Shown here piece by piece: positions 39,433-48,716 of a stretch of 64,000 bases of DNA (position 1 is the stretch's first letter; every line of letters begins with the position of its first letter). Source of the DNA: an uncultured delta proteobacterium (GTDB lineage: Bacteria; Myxococcota_A; Polyangia; Fen-1088); contig CAVTRY010000011.1 of the NCBI GenBank assembly GCA_963737265.1, positions 896,001 to 960,000 on the forward strand, in the 5' to 3' direction. The position numbers and the translations under genes are program-made. The notes under the pieces are model-generated. The model was not told where the DNA came from, did no database searches, and saw only the letters and a list, made by a program, of their open reading frames with translations.

Positions 39433-40722
39433 ATGTCAATGGTTCACGAAGAAACGCCTCGCAACGAGGATCCAAAAGGCGATGTGGTCGCGCCCATCGC
39501 CGCGCTGACGGGTAAACCGATAGCGGGGGCGGAGCGCTCGGCAACGAGCGCATCGTCTTTTGGGTCCTTGGGCGAGCCCGCGACCATCGGGAACCCCGAA
39601 GCGCCCAGCGCGGGGGTGAGCGCAAGCGAGGGGCGCGTAGCCCCTTCCGCAGGTGCCGGCGACGCCGGCGCCCCTAACCTTGATACGTATGGATCATCTG
39701 CCTCCGGCGTGCCGTCCCGTGCCGCCATCTTCCGGCCACTCTTCCTCAGCCTTGCGGAATACCGAAGGCGTCTTGCCGACGAACTGAAATCGCTGGCCAG
39801 ATTCTATTTTCCAAAGGGCAAGAATCGCCGCGGCTTCCAGCGCAAGGCCCTGGCCGTTCAGCTTTGCGGGAAGGTGGCACGGGTGCAGAAGTGCAGCGCT
39901 TGTGGCGCCATGGATCCCGCGACGGCTCTGATCGAATCATCCTGCGATCTCCGAACTTGCCCGACGTGCGCGCGCAGACGCGCGAACGTTCTGCGCGAGC
40001 GACTGGATACCAGTTATGCCGGGGGACCGCACCCACACGACATGAGCCTCTACCTGCTCACGTTCACACTCCGATACGATCCAAGCGATCCCAACGACCT
40101 ATCCGTCGAGGGGCTGAGGCGTCGGAAGAAGATCGTGCGCGACGCGGTGGGCTTCGTCTGGAAGAAGTATCTCAAGCCCAGAGGACGGGCGCTAGCGCTG
40201 GGTCTGGAGACATCCCCGCGCGGCGCGGTCCACATCCACGCGCTCTATCACGGGCGACGCCCAGACGTCGGCAAGCTGCGCGATACATACATGTTCGCCG
40301 CAGGCGACTCGCCCTTCGTGAACTGCAAATACGTGCATAAGCCGGCCAAGGCGATTCGCGAGCTGGCGAAATACGTGGTGAAGGCCGCTTCGACTAGGAA
40401 CCCGCGCCTCCTTCGCGGTGGGCGCGGCGAATTCATCGACCCGGTGCTGGCCGCGCGCACCGAAGTCGCGTTTTCGGGCGCTCGCCTCTACGAAACATTC
40501 GGAGCCTGGCGCGGGGCGAACGACGAGAAGGACCTTCCCGAGCAGGCGACGCGAGATTGCCCCTGCTGCGGCGCGAGCGAATGGACGCAGGAGACGCTCA
40601 CCCTTCGGTCGCTGATTTCGATGCTTCCAGACGATTGGACCCCGCGGTTTGGGCGCGCGGGGCCTCAGTCGAAAAAGCAAAACCAAATCGCCCAAGCCAA
40701 AGGAGAGGCCCATGCCGAATGA
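39433..40722 (+). CDS. rep: HUH rolling-circle replication initiator (Rep_1-like); real start probably after 39690
   Basis: C..CPTC, motif 1 LLTFTL, motif 2 VHIHALY, motif 3 AKYVVK. Confidence 0.85.
   Translation: MSMVHEETPRNEDPKGDVVAPIAALTGKPIAGAERSATSASSFGSLGEPATIGNPEAPSAGVSASEGRVAPSAGAGDAGAPNLDTYGSSASGVPSRAAIFRPLFLSLAEYRRRLADELKSLARFYFPKGKNRRGFQRKALAVQLCGKVARVQKCSACGAMDPATALIESSCDLRTCPTCARRRANVLRERLDTSYAGGPHPHDMSLYLLTFTLRYDPSDPNDLSVEGLRRRKKIVRDAVGFVWKKYLKPRGRALALGLETSPRGAVHIHALYHGRRPDVGKLRDTYMFAAGDSPFVNCKYVHKPAKAIRELAKYVVKAASTRNPRLLRGGRGEFIDPVLAARTEVAFSGARLYETFGAWRGANDEKDLPEQATRDCPCCGASEWTQETLTLRSLISMLPDDWTPRFGRAGPQSKKQNQIAQAKGEAHAE
39652..39690 (+). other. Putative double-strand origin (nick site CTTGATA at 39679-39685 with adjacent hairpin)
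   Basis: GGTGCCGGC-GAC-GCCGGCGCC hairpin then AACCTTGATA; CTTGATA is the conserved pC194/phiX174-type nick sequence. Confidence 0.7.
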
Positions 40723-41209
40723 ATCGAAGACCGCAGTTGAACCGCAAACACGAATCGCAAACGAAGAGGAGAAACACACCATGAGCACCCCGCAAAAACC
40801 AGACTGGATCCAAAACGCAGCCCGCGTTGATCGGCCCGAAATCGAACGATGGTACAAGCCCGAGAAGGAAGGCGCCCTGGACGGCGTGCTCATCTGGCGC
40901 GGCCAGGAAGAGCACCGCCAGTCCGGCGACGTCTACAACGTCTACGCCATCAGGCAGAACGAGACGAACGCCATCATTGGCGTCTCGGAGCGCTTTGGCC
41001 TGCGCGGTTTGCGCAGGGTCAAGCTGAACAGCAAGGTGTTCATCGAGCCCACCGGCGAGAAGGAGCTGGAGAGCGGGCGGAAGATGCAGCAGTTCCAGAT
41101 TCACGCGGAGCACCTCGAAGCGCTGCCCGAGCCAACACGCGCCAAACCGAAAGGGACTCAAAGCCCGACAGACGGAGCGACGGCCGGTTCCGAAGAAGTT
41201 CCCTTTTAG
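40712..41209 (+). CDS. Putative single-stranded DNA-binding protein
   Basis: Beta-rich, follows rep, acidic tail ending EEVPF. Confidence 0.6.
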   Translation: MPNESKTAVEPQTRIANEEEKHTMSTPQKPDWIQNAARVDRPEIERWYKPEKEGALDGVLIWRGQEEHRQSGDVYNVYAIRQNETNAIIGVSERFGLRGLRRVKLNSKVFIEPTGEKELESGRKMQQFQIHAEHLEALPEPTRAKPKGTQSPTDGATAGSEEVPF

Positions 41210-41227
41210 CCATCTGGAGGTCGCCCC

Positions 41228-41452
41228 ATGTCCCTACAACTGCCAGACCGCCCCGTGCTCACCGTGAAGGAGGCTGCCGCGATCCTCGGCGTGAACGTGA
41301 AAACGCTTTACGCCGAGATCGAAGCCGGCGCCTTCCCGGCGCTCCGGGTCGGGAGAGTGATCCGAATCGCGACCAACGTGCTAGCCTCGTTCCTTCAGCA
41401 AGGCCGCGTCGCGCCGGTTGGAGGAATCCATGCCAGCAAGACGCGATCGTAG
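41228..41452 (+). CDS. Excisionase-like HTH protein
   Basis: LTVKEAAAILGVNVKTLY..I..G.FPALRVGRVIRI. Confidence 0.88.
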   Translation: MSLQLPDRPVLTVKEAAAILGVNVKTLYAEIEAGAFPALRVGRVIRIATNVLASFLQQGRVAPVGGIHASKTRS

Positions 41453-42542
41453 TGGACGATGGCGATACAGAAAAACAGTCAGACTCCCCGACGGGAGCAA
41501 ACGCCGCATCGACGGAACGCCAACGTCGAACACGAAACTGGCGGCCGAGGCTGCGGAGCGAGACCACATCAACCGTGTGGTCTCGCCCCCGGCCGCTATC
41601 GAAGAGAAGAAGGAGGTGCCCACCTTTCAGAAGTTCGTGGACGTGGTTTGGTGGCCAACGTATCCAAGCTCGGTCAACAACCGGCCGAGCACCTGCCAAG
41701 AGAAAGAGATCCATCTTCGGATTCACCTCAAGCCCACGCTTGGCGCCCTGCCCTTGGACAAGATCCGCGGCGAGGTGGTCAACGTCCTGATGGCGAAGCT
41801 GAAGGTGGAATCGAAGCTCTGCCCAAAGTCGATCAAGAACATCATCGGGACGCTGAGGCGCGTGCTGGCCTCGGCAGTCGAGTGGGAGTATCTGGGGGCG
41901 ATGCCTCCCCTACCCCGCATCAAGGTGGCGCAGCCGGAGTGGGATTTCCTCACGCCGGAGGAATCCGCCAAGGTGCTGGAGGCAGCGCGGGCGCGCTCCG
42001 AGGAGGTCTACGCCTCGATTCTGTTCGCGCTGCACACAGGGGCGCGAGCGGGCGAGGAGATCGCTTTGGAATGGGGCGACGTGGACTACCACAGCCACAT
42101 GCTGGTCTTCCGCCGCAGCTCTACCAAGGGCTACGTCGGACCGACCAAGAGCGGGAAAGAACGGCGGGTGCCCCTCACGGCTTCACTGGAAGCCGCACTG
42201 AAGGCGATCCGTCACCTGCGGGGCAAGCGGGTCTTCTGCAAGGAAGACGGCTCTGCGCTGCTGATAGGGCAGCTTCACGAGCGACTGTGGGGCGCGTGTC
42301 GACGGGCGGGCCTTCGGGAGATCCGGTGGCACGACTTGCGACACACGTTCGCTTCGCAGCTAGCCTCCCAGGGCGTTCCCATTCCGCAGATCCAGCAGTG
42401 GATGGGACACTCCACCATCACCATGACCATGCGCTATGCCCACCTGGCTCCGGGCAGCGGAGCCGACCTGATCCGATCACTCGACGCCAATTCCGTGGCA
42501 AATCCGTGGCAAAAACACGCGTCCCCGGCCCTAAGTACCTAG
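41430..42542 (+). CDS. int: Tyrosine recombinase/phage-type integrase
   Basis: TGARAGE, TKSG, HDLRH, MGH, MRYAH; ends next to the att site. Confidence 0.95.
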   Translation: MPARRDRSGRWRYRKTVRLPDGSKRRIDGTPTSNTKLAAEAAERDHINRVVSPPAAIEEKKEVPTFQKFVDVVWWPTYPSSVNNRPSTCQEKEIHLRIHLKPTLGALPLDKIRGEVVNVLMAKLKVESKLCPKSIKNIIGTLRRVLASAVEWEYLGAMPPLPRIKVAQPEWDFLTPEESAKVLEAARARSEEVYASILFALHTGARAGEEIALEWGDVDYHSHMLVFRRSSTKGYVGPTKSGKERRVPLTASLEAALKAIRHLRGKRVFCKEDGSALLIGQLHERLWGACRRAGLREIRWHDLRHTFASQLASQGVPIPQIQQWMGHSTITMTMRYAHLAPGSGADLIRSLDANSVANPWQKHASPALST

Positions 42543-42550
42543 AATCCTTG

Positions 42551-42622
42551 TGACCCCATCGGGACTTGAACCCGAGATTACGCCGTGAGAGGGCGCCGTC
42601 CTAACCACTAGACCATGGGGCC
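42551..42622 (-). tRNA. tRNA-Glu(CTC)
   Basis: GGCCCCATGGTCTAGTGGTTAGGACGGCGCCCTCTCACGGCG..GTTCAAGTCCCGATGGGGTCA cloverleaf. Confidence 0.95.
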
Positions 42623-42651
42623 GTTGCGCGGGCGCAACTATTGGAAGCTAG

Positions 42652-42722
42652 TTCGGGGATAAGGATTCGAACCTTAATAGCCAGATCCAGAGTCTGGCGT
42701 CCTGCCATTAGACGATCCCCGA
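42652..42722 (-). tRNA. tRNA-Gln(CTG)
   Basis: TCGGGGATCGTCTAATGGCAGGACGCCAGACTCTGGATCTGG..GTTCGAATCCTTATCCCCGAA. Confidence 0.95.
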
Positions 42723-42891
42723 ATACGTTCGCGGCGGGCTTTCCCGCCGCGGATGACATTTGTAGCAATCGGCTCATCGGTGTCAAGAACTGCGTGCAAT
42801 CCGTCGCGAAATGGCTAACTTGCCCGGGGGCGAAATGGGTGTAGTTTACAAGTCTTGCAAGCGGCCAGAGGCCGCGCGGTGAGTAAGTAAT

Positions 42892-44175
42892 ATGGAGCTG
42901 AGCTTCTGGGCTGCAACGGACATTGGTCGCAAGCGCGTCCACAACGAGGATAACTTCCTCGTCGACCAAAAACTGTCTCTGTTCGTCGTGGCGGACGGCA
43001 TGGGCGGGCACGCCTCGGGCGAGGTTGCATCGCAGATCGCGGTCACCGAATTCCGCGGCGCGGTGGACAGCCGGCGCGACATCTTGGAAGCCTACGCGCG
43101 TCACGAAACCGGGGTCACGACGCACGACGTGCTCGGCGCGCTGGAGTATGCGGTGCAGACGGCCGGCTTGGCGATTTTCGAACGCGGCCAGAAGGAACCC
43201 GAGAAGCGCGGCATGGGCACCACCCTGTCCGCCTTGCTGCTCATCGGCGAGCGCGGCTTCATCGCCCATGTGGGCGACAGCCGCGTCTACATGGTTCGTT
43301 CCGGCCAGACCGTGCAGCTTACCGAGGATCACTCCCTCATCAACGAGCTCATCCGCCACGGCAAGGTCACGCGCGAGACGCTGGCGAAGTCGCCGTACGC
43401 CTCATACAAGAATGCGGTCACGCGCGCGCTCGGCGTCTACGAAACCGTGCAGGTCGATACCATCGACTTGGAAGTCATCCCGGGCGACCAGTTTCTGCTG
43501 TGCTCTGATGGGCTGCACAGCTATCTCGACGAGAAGGAAATTTCCCGCCAGCTGGCCGAGGAAAGTATCACGGCCATCCCAGGCAAGCTGGTCGAGCTGG
43601 CCAACAAGGGCGGCGGGCACGACAACATCACCGCCGTCGTCCTGCGCGTGCATGCGGACGCCACCGCGGGCGCGAATGCGCGCACCCAAGAGCTCAACCG
43701 CAAGGTCGAGGTCTTAAAGCAGATGCCGCTCTTCCGGCACCTCACCTACAAGGAGATTCTGCGCGTTCTGTCGCTGACCGAGGTGACGGACTACAAACCT
43801 GGCGACGAAATCATCACCGAAGACGAGCCCGGCAGCGAGCTCTTCATCATCTTGTCCGGCAAGGTGCGCCTGCACAAAGAGGGCGCGCTGGTGACCTACC
43901 TTGGCCAGGGCGCGCACCTTGGCGAGATGGCCTTGGTCGACAACGGCCCGCGCTCGGTGAGCGCAACCACCGAGGAGCCGTCGCGCGTGCTGGTCTTGCG
44001 TCGGCGCGACTTCAACGACCTCATTCGCAACTACCCGCGCATGTCGGTCAAGCTGCTGTGGAGCTTCGTCCAGGTGCTCGGACAACGCCTACGCAAAACC
44101 AACGCCGACCTCGCAGGCGCCCGCAACGAAGCCGCCACGGCCGACCTGTCCGACCAGGTGCTGTTCGACGAATAA
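42892..44175 (+). CDS. PP2C Ser/Thr phosphatase with C-terminal cNMP-binding domain
   Basis: NEDN, VADGMGGH, CSDGL, GHDNIT; GEMAL..PRS. Confidence 0.93.
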   Translation: MELSFWAATDIGRKRVHNEDNFLVDQKLSLFVVADGMGGHASGEVASQIAVTEFRGAVDSRRDILEAYARHETGVTTHDVLGALEYAVQTAGLAIFERGQKEPEKRGMGTTLSALLLIGERGFIAHVGDSRVYMVRSGQTVQLTEDHSLINELIRHGKVTRETLAKSPYASYKNAVTRALGVYETVQVDTIDLEVIPGDQFLLCSDGLHSYLDEKEISRQLAEESITAIPGKLVELANKGGGHDNITAVVLRVHADATAGANARTQELNRKVEVLKQMPLFRHLTYKEILRVLSLTEVTDYKPGDEIITEDEPGSELFIILSGKVRLHKEGALVTYLGQGAHLGEMALVDNGPRSVSATTEEPSRVLVLRRRDFNDLIRNYPRMSVKLLWSFVQVLGQRLRKTNADLAGARNEAATADLSDQVLFDE

Positions 44176-44196
44176 GATCGAGACCCCGATCTACTA

Positions 44197-45450
44197 CTAC
44201 TGATACAGGAACACCACCTCGACGCGGTGGTTGCTGGCGCGGCCGGCTGCGGTGCGACCGTCGGCAATGGGCTCGGAACCGCCCTGCCCGCTCGCCATCA
44301 TGCGCTTGACGTCCACACCGCGGGTGACCAGGGCGTTGAAGACCGACTGTGCCCGCGCCGCAGACAGGGCCAGGAGAGAGGTTACGCCGCCGCGGCTGTC
44401 GGTGTGCCCGATGACCTGTACCGGGAACGACTCGTAGTCCTTCTTCTTGATGAGGGCCGCGATGGGGTCGAGCACGGCGTCCTTACCCGGCGCGATGACG
44501 GTCTGCTTTTTCACGAACAGCATGTCCGCAGGAATCGCCAGGATCACGCGCTGAAGCGAACCACGCACGTCGCGGCGGGCCTTGATGCCCGGTATGGCGC
44601 TCGCGTCGGCGAACAGTGCATCGGCCTTCTTGTGGTTTTCCGCCGCTTGCGAATCACGCTCGTAGCTGGGCTTGGCCGCCGCCGCGGCATCGCCAGCAGT
44701 CTTCTTGGCGATGGCGGCGCTGGTCTGCGCTTGCTGCATTTGACCGGTCTGCAGTTCAGTCTGAGCCCGGGCCAAGGTTTCGGCGGCCGACTTGTAGAGC
44801 TCGGGCGCGTACTTCGGCGCGTTCAGCGTCTCGGCCGTCTTCATGGCCAGCTCTGCTTCCGAAACCTTGTCGCTCGTCTCGGCCTTCAGCTTCTCCTGCG
44901 CCAGCTTCTCCTCGTTGGCCTTCTTGTCCGCGGCCATCTGCGCCTCGAGCGCCTTCATCTCTTCGTTCTTCTGGCCTTCCTCGACCTGGCGCAACGTCTG
45001 TTCGTGGCGGAGCTTGTTGAGCAGGGCAATTTTCTCGTTGGTATCGTCAAGCTCCTTCTGGACCTTTTCCTGCTCTTCCGCCGTGGCCGAAAGAGCGTCC
45101 TCGGCGTTCGCGATGCGCGCGTTGGACTTGTCCTGATCGGCCAGCGAAAGCGCGTGCCGGTAGAAGATTTGTCCCATCAAGGCGGCGTTGACCGACTCGT
45201 TCAGGTCGTTGCTCTGCCACTTGTTGGTTGCAACTTCGAAGGACTTGTCGCCCTTCTTGCACAGGTCGGGGGCACGCTTGCGCGCCGCCGGCATGTCCGG
45301 ATCGATGCGCAGTCTCTCAAGGGTGTCGAGCTCGCGCGGCTTGGGCGGTGTGGCGCATCCGATGGCGAGCAGCCCGGCGGCAACGAGGCAAAGACAGGAC
45401 GCACGAAACACGAAGCTCATGGTGGATCTCCCGACAACAGCAGTTTTCAT
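44197..45450 (-). CDS. OmpA-family lipoprotein with coiled coil
   Basis: Lipobox AIGC; GHTDSRG, LSAARA, NHRVE. Confidence 0.88.
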   Translation of the reverse strand: MKTAVVGRSTMSFVFRASCLCLVAAGLLAIGCATPPKPRELDTLERLRIDPDMPAARKRAPDLCKKGDKSFEVATNKWQSNDLNESVNAALMGQIFYRHALSLADQDKSNARIANAEDALSATAEEQEKVQKELDDTNEKIALLNKLRHEQTLRQVEEGQKNEEMKALEAQMAADKKANEEKLAQEKLKAETSDKVSEAELAMKTAETLNAPKYAPELYKSAAETLARAQTELQTGQMQQAQTSAAIAKKTAGDAAAAAKPSYERDSQAAENHKKADALFADASAIPGIKARRDVRGSLQRVILAIPADMLFVKKQTVIAPGKDAVLDPIAALIKKKDYESFPVQVIGHTDSRGGVTSLLALSAARAQSVFNALVTRGVDVKRMMASGQGGSEPIADGRTAAGRASNHRVEVVFLYQ

Positions 45451-45866
45451 ACCTTGCCCTCCAGACGCGCCTTTTGAATCTTGGCGTTCTCGAGAGCCTG
45501 CTTGGTGTGGGCCAACTGCGCTCGGGCTCGCTTGACCTCGTCTTCTTTGGCCGCGGCCTGCGCCGACAGCTTGGCCGCGGTCAGCTTCTGCCGAACCATG
45601 TTGGCTTGGGCTTCACAGCGATCGAGCGCGATGCGCACCTCGTCGTATTTTTCTTGAGATCGTAGCGTCCAAGCAGTGTCGAGCCATGACCGCATCATGG
45701 TGATTTCGGTGTTGACGGCCTTCTGGTCGTCCTGCCGCTCGAGATCGGTGGTGGTCTGCTTGAGATAGTCGATCTGCCGTTGCAAATCGTCGGCCTCGCC
45801 GGCACGTGCCAGAGCGGGCACGGTCAGGACGCCAAGAAACAGGAACATGGTCGCGTATCTGGTCAT
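45447..45866 (-). CDS. Secreted coiled-coil hypothetical protein
   Basis: GAGG RBS, signal peptide, ATGA overlap with the ompA-like gene. Confidence 0.7.
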   Translation of the reverse strand: MTRYATMFLFLGVLTVPALARAGEADDLQRQIDYLKQTTTDLERQDDQKAVNTEITMMRSWLDTAWTLRSQEKYDEVRIALDRCEAQANMVRQKLTAAKLSAQAAAKEDEVKRARAQLAHTKQALENAKIQKARLEGKV

Positions 45867-46014
45867 GTTTTCCTCGCCTGGTTGCGATGCGGCCCTATGT
45901 TCGGGGTTCGGTGCTAGCTTCGTCAACCTGAAAACGCCTTCGCCCTGCAGTTCTGCGCAGGTTCTGGATTGCCCCCTTGACTCGGGCCCCAGGCCCACGG
46001 CCTTACCCATTGCC

Positions 46015-46503
46015 CTACCCTTCGCCCGCCAAAGCTAAGATGTGATCGCGAAGGTCCCAGGAAACGCGAAGCCGGAGCTCTAGGAGGCGATCCAGAATCG
46101 GGCGCACCGCTGGCACGTGGCCGAGCTGTTTGGCGACAAGAACCACGTTCAGGGTGCCGGTGATCTTCACGCCGAGTCGCGCGGCCACCCGGCGTCCGGG
46201 CAATTCGTCGATGATGGCCACCGCGCCAGGATTCGCCATCGCAAGGGTCAAGACCGCGCGTTCGCCTGCCCCGAGAAAGCCGAACGGTTCCAACTCGGGG
46301 GACAGAAGCGCGACTGGCCGCACGTCCGCCCAAGGCAGGTTAAGCGGCTCGGGAAGATCGTAACCGCGCGCACGTCCGGCGCTCAATTCGGCCACCACCT
46401 GGCCGGGAACGATGACGCGGCCGAGGACGGCGGGCAAGACTTGCAGAATGCCCGCGCGGTGCAGGTAGCACAGAGGCGACGTGTTGACGATGTGGTCAGC
46501 CAA
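46015..46503 (-). CDS. DUF3368 PIN-domain protein
   Basis: VNTSPL, LGAGE, IIDE, ITGTL. Confidence 0.88.
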   Translation of the reverse strand: MADHIVNTSPLCYLHRAGILQVLPAVLGRVIVPGQVVAELSAGRARGYDLPEPLNLPWADVRPVALLSPELEPFGFLGAGERAVLTLAMANPGAVAIIDELPGRRVAARLGVKITGTLNVVLVAKQLGHVPAVRPILDRLLELRLRVSWDLRDHILALAGEG

Positions 46504-46759
46504 GCGACCGGCGCAGCGTATCGTGTTCTAGGTCGAATTCGTCTGGTGTCACGCGAAACGCCTCAACGCCGAAATCTGCCAGCTTATGCAGAAACTCGAC
46601 CTTGGGGATCCCCGCCAAGTCAGCCGCGGCACCGGCCGACAAGTGCCCCAACTCGTGCAACTTCATCGCCGCCGCAAGCCGCACCTTGCCCTCTGCCTCG
46701 GAAAGCGAAGGCCCCAGCGCCCGCACGGTCGCCGCTGGTATCTCGACGGACAGGGTCAC
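46496..46759 (-). CDS. UPF0175 family antitoxin
   Basis: LAAAMKLHELGHLSAGAAADLAGIPKVEF. Confidence 0.85.
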   Translation of the reverse strand: MTLSVEIPAATVRALGPSLSEAEGKVRLAAAMKLHELGHLSAGAAADLAGIPKVEFLHKLADFGVEAFRVTPDEFDLEHDTLRRSLG

Positions 46760-46905
46760 AGCCAGAGTGTACCAGGTTTCGGCTTGAAGGAAGGGCCACC
46801 ACGCAAGGTTGGGGCACACCCTCTAAAGGCAGGCCATCTCTCGATCGCGGTGGATCGCCGGCCGCAAATTTTGGATCCTGGATCCGACCGCGCGATCATC
46901 GGCGA

Positions 46906-47253
46906 ATGCGCCGACCATTCTTGGGGACGATATCAATGGTTCTGGCTGTGTCCGTGATCGGGTGTGCCACCAATGGCTTTCAGACATACTACCAGCCCAA
47001 CCGCGAGAACGTCGCCAATCGGCTTCTGCCGTGGTCGGGTCGGGTGCGTATCCTCGAACCAGCCGATATTCGCGAGAGTGGTGATGATTTCTATCGACTT
47101 GGGTACCTCCCACTTGGCTCTTCGTCCTTCTCATCAGGTGAAAGCGTGACGATGGACCAACTGCTAGAAACGGCGACACTCGTGCGGGCTGACATTGTTC
47201 TCTACTACTCCGAGCACCTCGGCTCCAGGACAGTTTCCTCGACCAGGAGGTGA
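46906..47253 (+). CDS. Putative lipoprotein, probably truncated
   Basis: Lipobox VIGC; GYLPLGSSSF. Confidence 0.5.
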   Translation: MRRPFLGTISMVLAVSVIGCATNGFQTYYQPNRENVANRLLPWSGRVRILEPADIRESGDDFYRLGYLPLGSSSFSSGESVTMDQLLETATLVRADIVLYYSEHLGSRTVSSTRR

Positions 47254-47390
47254 GGGTCGACCTTTCCAAACCGAGGGGGAACGTGGTATCCCTTCCCCGT
47301 TCTTCCAGGCCGAATGAGTACACTATGAGAACACGCAGCAAGACACCGCAGAAGAACGGATAGCCTAAGTCACGAAAACTAAATGATTCT

Positions 47391-47463
47391 GGTGGGCGTA
47401 GCTCAATGGTAGAGCATCGGATTGTGGATCCGACGGTTGGGGGTTCGATACCCCTCGCTCACC
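47391..47463 (+). tRNA. tRNA-His(GTG)
   Basis: G-1; GGTGGGCGTAGCTCAATGGTAGAGC..TTGTGGA..GTTCGATACCCCTCGCTCACC. Confidence 0.95.
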
Positions 47464-47494
47464 CTAGAAATGTCCGGCTTGAGACCATTCTAAG

Positions 47495-48694
47495 GTGGCC
47501 AGTTTTTTCGGTGTGACCCTTCCTGACGGGGCGGAAGCTAGACTGCGCGCGGGTGCGCCGGTCCTGCCGCTCGATGGCCTTTCCGCAGCGAATGGCTGCG
47601 AAGCCGGCCGCGCGGTGAAGCTGCTCGACCAGCACGGCGAGCTGGTCGCGTGCGGAATCGCGGATCCCGAGAACGGGGTCATCCAGGTCATGAGCCTGGA
47701 AGCGGTTCGCGGCTTCGACGCCCAGTTCTTCGGCGACCGCCTGGCGCGCGCCCTCGTTCTTCGCCGCATGGTCGGGTTGGCCGCCGGAGAATCGTCCTAT
47801 CGCTTGCTCAATGCCGAGGGCGATGGCCTGCCCGGCTTCTCGGTCGACAGGTTTGGCGCCTACGCCGTGGTGTGCGCGCCCAGCCGGCCTTTGCTTCCCT
47901 TTGCCCGACTGCTGGCGGAAGCAACGCTTGCCATCGGCGGCGAAATCGGGGTGCGCGGCGTGGTCATCAAGGTACGGGGCAAGGATCCCCAGGATCGCTC
48001 GCACAAGGACGAAATTCTCGGCGAGCAGCCGCCCGAAAAATACGTCGCCAGCGAGCTCGGCGCTCCTTATGAGCTTCACCTGCGCGGGGCGCTCAACGTG
48101 GGCCTGTTCCCGGATATGCGCGAGCAGCGCCGAAACATAGCCCGCTTCGTCGTCGGCCGCCGCGTGCTCAACACCTTCGCGTACACCGGGGCGCTTTCGC
48201 TCGCGTCGGCGCGCGCCGGGGCCGCTGCGGTCACCAGCGTCGATCTTTCTTCCGGCGTGCTGGCCTGGGCGCACGAAAACTTTCGCTTGTCGGGTTTTGC
48301 CAGCGACGATCCGCGCTTCCGTTTCGAGGTGTCCGACGTGCGCCGCTTCATGCAGAAGGAAGTGGAGCGCGGCACGCTCTACGACACGGTCATCTTGGAC
48401 CCACCCACGGTCTCGGCCGCCCGCGCATCGCAGTGGTCGATGAAGCGCGACTACCCGCAGCTCATCGCTCTCGCGGCCAAGCTGCTGCCGCCGTCGGGCG
48501 GGATTCTGTGGGTCTCGGCCAATACCCGCCGCGGTCCCTCGGTGCTACGCCACGTCGAGGAAGGAATCCAACTCTCCGGTCGCCACGGCGCTCTACTAGA
48601 AACCGGCGGCTTGCCGTCCGATTTTCCCACCCCGCCTGGCTGGCCAGACTCCCGCTACTTGGAAACCTGTCAAGTCTTCGTCGCGAGCGAGTAA
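47495..48694 (+). CDS. RlmI/RlmK-like SAM-dependent rRNA methyltransferase
   Basis: EGDGLPG, GLFPDMR, VLNTFAYTG, ILDPP. Confidence 0.88.
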   Translation: MASFFGVTLPDGAEARLRAGAPVLPLDGLSAANGCEAGRAVKLLDQHGELVACGIADPENGVIQVMSLEAVRGFDAQFFGDRLARALVLRRMVGLAAGESSYRLLNAEGDGLPGFSVDRFGAYAVVCAPSRPLLPFARLLAEATLAIGGEIGVRGVVIKVRGKDPQDRSHKDEILGEQPPEKYVASELGAPYELHLRGALNVGLFPDMREQRRNIARFVVGRRVLNTFAYTGALSLASARAGAAAVTSVDLSSGVLAWAHENFRLSGFASDDPRFRFEVSDVRRFMQKEVERGTLYDTVILDPPTVSAARASQWSMKRDYPQLIALAAKLLPPSGGILWVSANTRRGPSVLRHVEEGIQLSGRHGALLETGGLPSDFPTPPGWPDSRYLETCQVFVASE

Positions 48695-48716
48695 CATCGG
48701 CGCCAGGATCGGACAG

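Larger units (their letters stand above)
22161..42570. mobile_element. Integrative element in tRNA-Glu with a rolling-circle replication module
   Basis: Identical 23-bp direct repeats TTGTGACCCCATCGGGACTTGAA at 22161-22183 and 42548-42570; adjacent tyrosine integrase, xis and HUH Rep. Confidence 0.88.

Noticed and set aside
39433-39708. N-terminal roughly 90 aa of the Rep ORF as real coding sequence
   Set aside because: Low-complexity translation overlapping hairpins and the nick site; more likely origin DNA.
33952-42542. Complete filamentous prophage
   Set aside because: No Zot/pI ATPase or run of coat genes was recognisable.
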